DNA of 64,000 nt from a virus (lineage: Duplodnaviria > Caudoviricetes), in the IMG/VR virus record IMGVR_UViG_3300021256_004135, positions 1 through 64,000 of that record. The stretch is one strand, 5' to 3'. The position numbers were made by a program, and so were the translations under genes. Under the pieces are notes generated by a model. It did not search any database and was not told the DNA's origin. It was given only the letters and a program-made list of their open reading frames with translations. Below, piece after piece: positions 56,647-64,000 of the stretch; positions within the stretch are counted from its first letter, which is position 1; each line of letters opens with the position of its first letter.

Positions 56647-57510
56647 CTACAATCCGAGCCGCTGCATGAACTCCTTTCCGTCGATTATCATCGAGGCCGT
56701 GAAGCGGTAGCCCGTGAGGTCGCAGAACTCCAACTGGTCGTCCACGTTGTCGAACTTGAGCATCACATATACGGTGTTGTCGGCATTCCGCGTGTCAGAG
56801 ATTTCGTTGTTGCGCTGCTTCTTGGCCTTGATGTCCTCCTTGCTCTCATGGGGCTGCTCGGCACGGTCTTGGGCTATCTGGTCGAAACTCTTCTCCTCTT
56901 TGTCGAGGTCGAAGGTGGGTGTCTGGCGGGGCGCGGGCATGGGGGCGAGGAAGTCGTCACCCATATCCTCCATCGGAGAGGCGGCAGGGTTGGTGTCATC
57001 CGTGACGAGGGTAATGTCATCGTGGAGAGCGACAAGTGCCTTCATGTCATCATCGGAGAGTCCGACATGGGAGAGGTCAATCTCACCCACATAGGGGGCG
57101 ATGAGGTTGTAGTCGGCTTTGCTGTTGCCCACAGCCATGTAGGTCATCTGCTCCTTCTCCGTCTTGTCATCGAACTCAACTACCTCGACCTTCAACTTGT
57201 AGTCCTTCTCCTTTGAGCCGTCGTACTTGTTGATGATGTCGAGGGCCTGCACACGGCGGTGTCCGTCGATGAGGTTTCCGCTGAGTCTGTTCCAGACGAT
57301 GCCTCCGAGGTATCCGTTGCGCTTGATGTTGTCCACCTGCTGGCGGATTTGCTTGTCGGTGTGCCGCTTGGGGTTGTAGGGGTTAAGCGTCACTTGGCTC
57401 CGCAGGATCTCCTGCGTGAGGCTCTGGCGTATCTCCTTGGGCGCTTTCGGCTTCTTCGGCTGCTTTTCTTGCGGCTGCTTCGGCTTGTTTTCTTGCTTGC
57501 TCTTGCTCAT
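56647..57510 (-). CDS. ParB/Srx N-terminal domain protein
   Basis: NPYNPK and LIDGHRRV motifs. Confidence 0.8.
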   Translation of the reverse strand: MSKSKQENKPKQPQEKQPKKPKAPKEIRQSLTQEILRSQVTLNPYNPKRHTDKQIRQQVDNIKRNGYLGGIVWNRLSGNLIDGHRRVQALDIINKYDGSKEKDYKLKVEVVEFDDKTEKEQMTYMAVGNSKADYNLIAPYVGEIDLSHVGLSDDDMKALVALHDDITLVTDDTNPAASPMEDMGDDFLAPMPAPRQTPTFDLDKEEKSFDQIAQDRAEQPHESKEDIKAKKQRNNEISDTRNADNTVYVMLKFDNVDDQLEFCDLTGYRFTASMIIDGKEFMQRLGL

Positions 57511-58180
57511 ATTCCTTGATTATGAATTGTGTCCTTGGGAAAATGGTGTATATGCGGTGGAGGTCTTCGGGATAGTTTGCCTGTAGGTATTTCAGATACC
57601 AATAGTCGCTGACATCGCATCCGCATGACTGGCCTCCGCCGCCGTAGGCTTCGGGGGATTTGAGATTGTTGCGCTTGATGTATTCCAGTATGTCGGCGTT
57701 CTTATAGGTCGAGAGGGGGTAGAACTTCTTGCCTTTCCAGCAGATGCTCTCCTTGCCGTCCTTGTAGGAGCGGAGCATGAGGCGGCGGTTGAGGCTGTCC
57801 GACTGCTTGAAGCCCAGACAAGCCCACTCGATGCCAGTCTTCTCCCTCACCTTGTCGATGATGTCGGAGAGCTTCCACAGTCGCTGGTTGGGGTTGCGCT
57901 GCACACCCATGAAGCCGTACTTGACCCACGAATAGTAGCCGTAGTGCGGCACCTGCATCCACTCCGTGTTGGGGTACTTCTTCGCCGCATAGCGGTGGAA
58001 GGGGGCTATGTGGTCGAGGTTGGGCACGACATACATATAGACGCAGACGATGCGTTTGAAATGCGGTGCCACAAGGTCGAGGAGGGCGATGCTGTCCTTG
58101 CCGGAGAGCGAGTGCATCAGGATGATACTGTCGGTCTCCTTGGCTATGTCGGACACTATCTCTTTGGCGCGTTCCAGCAT
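57383..58180 (-). CDS. PAPS-reductase-family (PP-loop) protein
   Basis: SGKDS, GFKQSDSLNRR and YPLSTY motifs. Confidence 0.8.
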   Translation of the reverse strand: MLERAKEIVSDIAKETDSIILMHSLSGKDSIALLDLVAPHFKRIVCVYMYVVPNLDHIAPFHRYAAKKYPNTEWMQVPHYGYYSWVKYGFMGVQRNPNQRLWKLSDIIDKVREKTGIEWACLGFKQSDSLNRRLMLRSYKDGKESICWKGKKFYPLSTYKNADILEYIKRNNLKSPEAYGGGGQSCGCDVSDYWYLKYLQANYPEDLHRIYTIFPRTQFIIKEYEQEQARKQAEAAARKAAEEAESAQGDTPEPHAGDPAEPSDA

Positions 58181-58186
58181 AAGGCG

Positions 58187-58492
58187 TTACTTTTTCTTAC
58201 GGTAGAGTTTGAGGTCAGACTTCATGGCCACCTTGTGGAGCGGCCCCAGGGCGGTGTAGTAGTCGAGGTCAGCCATCAGCACGCGGTCGTCGCGGTCTTC
58301 CACCACCACATACCTTGTGTAGGCATCGGAGGGGTCAACCACGTCCTTGTACATCACCACGGCATCCTTCTCAATCTTCTTGTGGTTTGGAGCCTGCGCC
58401 AGCATCACGTCGCGCGCCTGCTCGTTGGTGAGGCTGCGGCGCAGATTGCGGTAGTCGGGGTTGGTCTCCCTTACGCTCATCATCTCTTTCAT
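58187..58492 (-). CDS. Hypothetical protein
   Basis: In-operon ORF. Confidence 0.5.
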   Translation of the reverse strand: MKEMMSVRETNPDYRNLRRSLTNEQARDVMLAQAPNHKKIEKDAVVMYKDVVDPSDAYTRYVVVEDRDDRVLMADLDYYTALGPLHKVAMKSDLKLYRKKK

Positions 58493-58503
58493 GGCCGTGG
58501 GGG

Positions 58504-58701
58504 TTATTGATGGCTTGCAGCCAGTTTTGCATAACTCTTCTCCGGCAGAAGGGAGCGGATGCCGTCGAGGACGTTGCCGCCGTTCAGCTCGGTCTCAATG
58601 GTCTCGTCGTACTCCGCGAGTTCCTGCGCGGTGAGGTCTTCCGGCACGAGGCCGTAGTCGCGGAGTTCGTCCTTGATTTGCTCTATGTGTTTCAGTTCCA
58701 T
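58504..58701 (-). CDS. Hypothetical acidic protein
   Basis: 65-aa in-operon ORF. Confidence 0.5.
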   Translation of the reverse strand: MELKHIEQIKDELRDYGLVPEDLTAQELAEYDETIETELNGGNVLDGIRSLLPEKSYAKLAASHQ

Positions 58702-58725
58702 CGTTGTGTTGTTTTATCGGTTTGA

Positions 58726-59316
58726 CTATCCTCTCTTCTTGGTGTACGACCAGCCGAATCGCTTGGCCAGCCGCTTGTTGATTTCATGGTAGTGGGTTAT
58801 CGTGGCACGGTCGAGTTGGGAGTTGCCATAGTTTCGCTTGGCGATATACCTCTGACGGTCTCCAGTCACCTCGCGCTCTATCTCTCTGAACGCCTGCTGC
58901 ACCTCTCTCGGAGTGACACCCCAGTAGCCTTTGGCAGGCCGCTTGATGGAGAAGGTGTAGGTCGGTGTGACGGCACGTATCTCCTTTGCGTTATGCCAGA
59001 TGGCGGTCTTGATGTCGTCGAGGCTGAACGAGTTGCCTATGGCCATTACGCCCTTCTTGCCCAAGGCACGGGGGTGGTTGTGGGTGATGATGGAGTTCTT
59101 GGGGAGGTCTACGATGTTCTGCACCTTGTTACCTTTGCCATGGAAGCTCTTGACGAAGTTGCCCTTGCTGTCGAAGACGTGGAGTTCCTCGTCCTTCTTG
59201 CGGCGGATGCTGCGCTCTGTACCCAGTATGTTCTCGCGCATCAGCCTTGTGTATCCTTTCTCGGTCTCGCCGACGGAGGTGCCGTGTCCGCCGACGGTGT
59301 ACGGTTCTTTGCCCAT
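58726..59316 (-). CDS. Basic JAB/MPN-like metal-binding protein
   Basis: E...THNHP...SFSLDD (JAMM-like) motif. Confidence 0.5.
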   Translation of the reverse strand: MGKEPYTVGGHGTSVGETEKGYTRLMRENILGTERSIRRKKDEELHVFDSKGNFVKSFHGKGNKVQNIVDLPKNSIITHNHPRALGKKGVMAIGNSFSLDDIKTAIWHNAKEIRAVTPTYTFSIKRPAKGYWGVTPREVQQAFREIEREVTGDRQRYIAKRNYGNSQLDRATITHYHEINKRLAKRFGWSYTKKRG

Positions 59317-59421
59317 ATCGTTTTATCTGTGTAGAGTTTCACTTTTCGTTGCTTTATAAAATTGAAAATGTGAAGTCTACACTGTAAAACTTCACCCTTT
59401 GCGCCTCTCTCGGCTCACCGT

Positions 59422-59559
59422 CTAACGCATGATGCGCGGACGGCGGCGAGCGGCTGCGCCCATGCTGGACACACGTCCCTGCCAGTATCTCTCCTCGGTG
59501 CGGTAGCGCGTCACGCTGCCGTCGGGGTTCTGACGCTGGGCATAATACTCACGTGCCAT
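59422..59559 (-). CDS. 45-aa Arg-rich protein (not in ORF track)
   Basis: MAREYYAQRQNPDGSVTRYRTEERYWQGRVSSMGAAARRRPRIMR*, preceded by AAGGAGGT. Confidence 0.6.
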   Translation of the reverse strand: MAREYYAQRQNPDGSVTRYRTEERYWQGRVSSMGAAARRRPRIMR

Positions 59560-59610
59560 GATTACCTCCTTTTTTAATGGTTAGACAATTGGTTATGGTT
59601 GAAAGGGGCA

Positions 59611-60057
59611 TTAAAGCCCCTTGCTGCTGACGATGTCGCAGACGTGAAACCAGAAGAACCACGGACGCTCTTCGGCAGGCAGTTTGGCGTACTGCTGCCA
59701 CTCGTTGTCGTAGTCGTGGAATCCGAACTTCTCGCCCAGCATTTCAATGTCCTCTTTGCACATACACGCGAGACCGCAATAGTCAAGCAGCACGTCGAGA
59801 GAGTAACGACCGCCTCTGTCGTAGAAATGGATGGCGAAAATGTCCTTCATCGGCCATTCGCGCTTGTCGCCCTTGCCCTCGGCTTCGAGCTTAGCGTTGC
59901 GTTCAAGTTTCTTGGGGTCAAGAAACATCTCGCAGTTCTTGTTGGAGTAACTCCTGATTTCGACCGTCTTCTCGCCGCTGGCGATGGCCTTGGCGTGTGT
60001 CTTGTAGATGGTCAGGCTGTAAGCCTCTTCTTTCTGTCCGTTGAACTCAATCTGCAT
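59611..60057 (-). CDS. ASCH-domain protein
   Basis: AIASGEKTVEIR (GxKxxExR) motif. Confidence 0.7.
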   Translation of the reverse strand: MQIEFNGQKEEAYSLTIYKTHAKAIASGEKTVEIRSYSNKNCEMFLDPKKLERNAKLEAEGKGDKREWPMKDIFAIHFYDRGGRYSLDVLLDYCGLACMCKEDIEMLGEKFGFHDYDNEWQQYAKLPAEERPWFFWFHVCDIVSSKGL

Positions 60058-60301
60058 AACTTTTCATGTGTTATTTAATACAAATATTTACTGCAAAAGT
60101 ACATATAATTTACTAATTACACAAATATTTTTGCAAAATATTTTGTATATAATTTTATTTCAGTTATTTATGTTTATAATATTATTGGCTTTAATGGTAA
60201 ATAATAGCCATTTTTGATGTCTTTTAGGGCTTAAATTTTACTAAAAGATAAATATTTTACCACGCCAGTAAACTGCCGCGTCGGAATATCCAGCACAAGC
60301 C

Positions 60302-60736
60302 TTACGGCGGCTCGTTCTCCGTACCCTCTTCACCGCAGAGGGCATTGACGGCGGTCTCACACGCTTTGGAAGCGATGATCCTGAAGGCAGGGTCGTTGAA
60401 GTAGAGGAAGGCCAACGTGCCTCGGTAGTAGCTCAACAGCCGCGTGTCCATGTTGAGGTAGCGTCGCGCGTAGCGGCGGATGGTGCGATTGTTCTTAGAA
60501 ACGCTGCGGAAGAGGTTGTGGGGCTGGATGAGGTAGAAGGCGGTGTAGAGTTCCGCACGGGTGGCCAGCCCCTTTTCAACTCCATCCAGGACGGCGGCAC
60601 AGGCGTTGTGCATCTTCTCCATCTCGCCGTCGGTGAGCGCGCATTGCGCGAAGACATTCCGCTCCAGTCCTTTCAGTTGCTCGTGGATGACATACAAGTG
60701 GAGCATGGTCTTGATGTCGTAAATCTTTTTCTTCAT
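60302..60736 (-). CDS. Hypothetical phage protein (possible DNA binder)
   Basis: 144-aa ORF at the end of an early/middle operon. Confidence 0.5.
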   Translation of the reverse strand: MKKKIYDIKTMLHLYVIHEQLKGLERNVFAQCALTDGEMEKMHNACAAVLDGVEKGLATRAELYTAFYLIQPHNLFRSVSKNNRTIRRYARRYLNMDTRLLSYYRGTLAFLYFNDPAFRIIASKACETAVNALCGEEGTENEPP

Positions 60737-60757
60737 CTTTGTTATTGTTGTTGATTG

Positions 60758-61159
60758 TTAGCGGTTTGATTGTGCGGGTATGGCCATCCTCGCCATCTCC
60801 TCCACCCTCTTGGCGATGGTAGTGCGCAGGGTGACGATGGTGGCGTGGGTCATCAGCTGCTGGGGAGTGAATTTCAGCACCACCCATCCCATCTCGGCGG
60901 CAGCGTTGAACTTCTCCATATCCTTTATATACCCCTGGGGTCGGTTGTGACGACCATAGCCCCACACGCCTCCGTCGCACTCGACGGCTATCTTGAGGGC
61001 TGGCACAGCATAGTCGAAACGCCACTTGCGGGTGCCGTGGAAGCGGTACTCACGCACCATATCCACATTAAGCTCTGACTTGCAGTAGGCGGTAAAGAGG
61101 TCTGTTGGGGCGGTGTCGGAGCCGCTGATCCTGCGGCGGTGTGGATTGCGGTATATCAT
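60758..61159 (-). CDS. DUF559/Vsr-like endonuclease
   Basis: EYRF..RKWRFDYA..IAVECDGG..H...DMEKFN..GWVVLKF. Confidence 0.75.
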   Translation of the reverse strand: MIYRNPHRRRISGSDTAPTDLFTAYCKSELNVDMVREYRFHGTRKWRFDYAVPALKIAVECDGGVWGYGRHNRPQGYIKDMEKFNAAAEMGWVVLKFTPQQLMTHATIVTLRTTIAKRVEEMARMAIPAQSNR

Positions 61160-61350
61160 TTGCCGCCTCCCTCCTCGATACGAACACGGAGATACATATC
61201 CCCGTCGTTGCAGTGGTCAATGACCTCAATGTGTTTGAGGCGGAGCCTGACGGCCTCCTCCAGGGCGAGCCGGAAGGCGCAGACGCTCCTCCGCTCGCAG
61301 CCGACACCTTTGCAGTGCCGGTAGTCATGGTTGAATCTGATGTTTGCCAT
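61156..61350 (-). CDS. Small Cys-rich hypothetical protein
   Basis: HCKGVGC..CAFR; ATGA coupling to the next gene. Confidence 0.5.
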   Translation of the reverse strand: MANIRFNHDYRHCKGVGCERRSVCAFRLALEEAVRLRLKHIEVIDHCNDGDMYLRVRIEEGGGK

Positions 61351-61578
61351 AGGAAAATGTGTTATGTTTTTTGCTTGAAATGCTGTTTTTGGTGCCAAAA
61401 TCTGGGCGCAAAAAATGATATTTTTTGAAAAAAGTTTGCAAGTTACTGGTTTTCAGTATAGGTTTTTTGACTCGTGATTGGAGTTATCTCATTTTTATTG
61501 TGTACTTTTGCATCGTGAAATCAAAGAGTAAATAATCACATAGAAGTTGCGCCCGACACGGACAAGGGTATATATATT

Positions 61579-61944
61579 ATGGAGAAAGCACTAAAAAGAA
61601 TGACCGCAGCGGAACTGGAACTCGCCAAGCCCGAACATCTGGCCAAACGGTCGGCCATGCCGAAGTATGAGAAGCGCGGCATCCGCTTCACCGACGTGAT
61701 GGTGGAGCCTGGCGGACGCTACCGCTACGACATCGTGACCGTCAACGGAATCAAGGCCGAGCGTATTACCATGCACGAGTTGAACTCCATGCTCGGAATA
61801 GGAACTGAACGCATACGCGCTGGTGTTCAAATCAAAAAACACGATGAGCAATTGCTGCTGCGTCTCCGCCAGTATCAAGAGAAGTGGCCAGACCTATGCA
61901 AATACATCAAGGCCAACGATGCCAAATGGCAGGATATAGAATAA
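61579..61944 (+). CDS. Hypothetical protein
   Basis: Own promoter TACTTTTG at 61503 and downstream terminator. Confidence 0.6.
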   Translation: MEKALKRMTAAELELAKPEHLAKRSAMPKYEKRGIRFTDVMVEPGGRYRYDIVTVNGIKAERITMHELNSMLGIGTERIRAGVQIKKHDEQLLLRLRQYQEKWPDLCKYIKANDAKWQDIE

Positions 61945-61987
61945 GTTGTTTTTAAGTTGTTTTAGTTACGCCATAACTTGACAACAG

Positions 61988-62020
61988 AAAAGGGTCTGCT
62001 TTATAGGAGCAGGCCCTTTC
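61988..62020. terminator. Bidirectional terminator
   Basis: AAAGGGTCTGCT...AGCAGGCCCTTT hairpin between convergent genes. Confidence 0.65.
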
Positions 62021-62045
62021 GGTTTATAATATATGATAAAAGAAA

Positions 62046-62321
62046 TCAGCCTTTCACAGCTTTGTCGATGACATCCTCTTCCACCAGCCTAACGCCGCAT
62101 TCTGGACAGCAGCCGAGGGCTTCGGCCTTGTATGTTCCGCCGCAGTCGCAATCCATATCCACCGCCCAGCCGAGGCTAAAATCAACATTCATCGGCTTAC
62201 CGCAGCGGTCGCAGTAAAGTGTTCCCTTGCCAAGGACTCCTATGCCATAGTTCCGCTCGAACTTGTGGCCACATTTGTGGCAGTGCAGTTTGCTCGTCAC
62301 TCCCATATCTCTATAGCTCAA
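62046..62321 (-). CDS. Zinc-ribbon protein
   Basis: CxxC, CxxC, CxC and CxxC motifs. Confidence 0.65.
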   Translation of the reverse strand: MSYRDMGVTSKLHCHKCGHKFERNYGIGVLGKGTLYCDRCGKPMNVDFSLGWAVDMDCDCGGTYKAEALGCCPECGVRLVEEDVIDKAVKG

Positions 62322-62838
62322 AGGTTTTTATCTCGCAGTTCCCCAAGGTGTATGAGGCGAACTCCTCGTTCTCCATCGGCTGGAAGTAGTTGGTGAAGAC
62401 GCGACAGATGCCGTTGTGAGCCACCACAAGGGCATCCTCGTTCCGCTGTTTCAGCATCTCTATGAAAGGATACACTCTGGCTGCGACATCAAGGTAAGAC
62501 TCACCGCCCTCGTAGCGTTTGAAGTATTTTCGTTTCTCCGACTGGTATTCGGCATTGGTGCGGACAGTTCCCTCGTATTTGCCAAAGTTCATCTCGTTGA
62601 TACTTGCGCAGACCTCCAGACGGCAGTCCTTGTGTCTGTCGGCCACCATCATGCCCGTGACCATAGCGCGCTGGAGCTGCGAGGTGTAGACCACATCCAA
62701 GTGGACGTTAGCCATCTCCTCGGCCAACTTTTCGGCTTGACGGATGCCATTGTCGTTGAGCGGAATGTCCGTCATCCCCTGCACCCAGTCCTTCACATTC
62801 CAGATGGTCTCTCCGTGCCTTGTCAAATATATCTTCAT
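62311..62838 (-). CDS. Histidine phosphatase family protein
   Basis: RHGET, SQLQRA, EMNFG and VAHNG motifs. Confidence 0.9.
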   Translation of the reverse strand: MKIYLTRHGETIWNVKDWVQGMTDIPLNDNGIRQAEKLAEEMANVHLDVVYTSQLQRAMVTGMMVADRHKDCRLEVCASINEMNFGKYEGTVRTNAEYQSEKRKYFKRYEGGESYLDVAARVYPFIEMLKQRNEDALVVAHNGICRVFTNYFQPMENEEFASYTLGNCEIKTFEL

Positions 62839-62851
62839 AATTTCCTCCAGC

Positions 62852-63778
62852 TCACCATTTCCTTAAATCAGACGAACTCTCCACCACATCTTCAATATCA
62901 TCAGGAAGGTTATAGAAGAAATCCATCCCAGTCACCTTCTCCACCTCATCCACACTTAACAGATAATAATCGAGTGGATGGCCTTCTCCATCATTCTTGT
63001 ATATGAAGCCCATCGCTTGTGGTTTCTTCCCAAGTCTCAACACAACTTTGAAGAAAGCATCGGGAACACCTACTTTATTAGCACCCATCGTGGCATAGTC
63101 ATCACTATAGAAAATGGGGCCAGTTGCAATGTATACCTCTCCGTAGTGCTTTGCCCAGCCACGGCACCTTCTTTCAAGATACTCCCAATTATTCTGATTT
63201 AAGGTGCTGTTTTGTGGACACATATTAGTCAGCAGGAAAGATTGGTGCATGGCATCCCTGCTCCACTTATTATCACCTGCAGGACATAGATGTCCGTGGT
63301 CGATAGGAAGCCCCGTATTATACCAGTCACTCAACTCCTGCCTTCCGCCTTCCACCTCCATATCTTCGTAATATGGAACACCTTTTCTGCTAAAAGGACC
63401 ATCAACGTGTTCACGGGTCAACTTCCAGGCAACCCAGTTGGCATTCTTGGTCTGATTGTTGTAGGAGGTGATATAACCAACCCGTTTCAGCATCTGTTCC
63501 GGCCGTTTTACAGTCATCCGAGGAAGTTCAATCCTATATAAGTCCTCATCGGTAAGAGTCTCATTAACTTGCAGGGTTGGAGTATCATCTACTTTGTCAT
63601 CCTCGACCGCAGATGCACTGACGGCATTCACCTCATCCTCATTCCAACTTTTCTCACTGCTCACGAATGGAGCAATCTCATCCAAGTCATCAGCAGAATC
63701 ACTGCTTGGACTGACAAGTTTAATGATAAAGGCAAGGAGAATAATGCCGGAGAACGTAAATATGAGAACTTTTTTCAT
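62852..63778 (-). CDS. Exported DNA/RNA non-specific endonuclease (NucA/EndG family)
   Basis: N-terminal TM; ANWVAW, DHGHLCPA and TNMCPQ...N...WEYLE motifs. Confidence 0.9.
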   Translation of the reverse strand: MKKVLIFTFSGIILLAFIIKLVSPSSDSADDLDEIAPFVSSEKSWNEDEVNAVSASAVEDDKVDDTPTLQVNETLTDEDLYRIELPRMTVKRPEQMLKRVGYITSYNNQTKNANWVAWKLTREHVDGPFSRKGVPYYEDMEVEGGRQELSDWYNTGLPIDHGHLCPAGDNKWSRDAMHQSFLLTNMCPQNSTLNQNNWEYLERRCRGWAKHYGEVYIATGPIFYSDDYATMGANKVGVPDAFFKVVLRLGKKPQAMGFIYKNDGEGHPLDYYLLSVDEVEKVTGMDFFYNLPDDIEDVVESSSDLRKW

Positions 63779-63790
63779 ACCGCATCATTA

Positions 63791-64000
63791 TTACAGCGCA
63801 TACACAGCCAGAAAAAATCCCTTACTATCCTTCCACATATTCCATCCATTCACGGTTTTCCCCATCACAACAGATGCAGCATATATCGGGTCTTTGAATA
63901 TCTCATCAGCCTTTAACCTATAGCCAGTCCTTTCACGGGTGCAATTCTCATTTATGACATTTACTCTCAAACGTCCGACAGCAGATTGGTCAAATTTTGC
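63791..64000 (-). CDS. 3' end of DUF4357-like protein, partial
   Basis: FKDPIYAASVVMGKTVNGWNMWKDSKG motif. Confidence 0.55.
   Translation of the reverse strand, partial: AKFDQSAVGRLRVNVINENCTRERTGYRLKADEIFKDPIYAASVVMGKTVNGWNMWKDSKGFFLAVYAL

Larger units (their letters stand above)
1259..64000 (-). mobile_element. Prophage (siphovirus-like) integrated at tRNA-Asn, continuing beyond the window
   Basis: Ordered terminase-portal-capsid-tail-tape measure-lysis genes ending next to the tRNA 3' end; the far boundary is not visible. Confidence 0.88.

Noticed and set aside
56647-58180. Dnd phosphorothioation system or plasmid partition locus
   Set aside because: No dndA/B/D/E and no parA; the context is the phage packaging operon.
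1-64000. CRISPR array, rRNA, IS element or integrase
   Set aside because: No regularly spaced repeats, rRNA-like sequence, or transposase/integrase motifs were recognised by eye.

Overview
Bacteroidota (probably Bacteroidales) chromosome segment; the lineage is inferred from many TAnnTTTG -7 promoter boxes and the gene families present. About 1.26 kb of host DNA comes first: the 3' end of an M16-like peptidase, an NAD(P)HX dehydratase and tRNA-Asn(GTT). A large siphovirus-type prophage then starts at the tRNA 3' end and runs off the right edge, so no integrase, repressor or second att site is in the window. The minus-strand backbone, read right to left, is ASCH/PAPS-reductase/ParB, terminase, portal, scaffold/capsid/neck/tail/tape measure, tail tip and fibres, lysis genes and an adenine MTase. 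Three cargo islands split this backbone (about 11.0-15.8, 26.4-48.4 and 50.0-54.8 kb), and a conserved promoter/inverted-repeat element restarts the structural blocks. The most notable cargo is (i) a WYL regulator divergent from a truncated DnaE that has lost two of three catalytic aspartates, followed by a PD-(D/E)XK nuclease and a metallophosphoesterase; (ii) an NrtR-led ADP-ribose operon with three visible operators; (iii) host-like DnaB and SSB-like genes in a cargo position; and (iv) an XRE-linked duplicated 170-bp promoter unit. All family calls are by-eye motif recognition. No searches were run.
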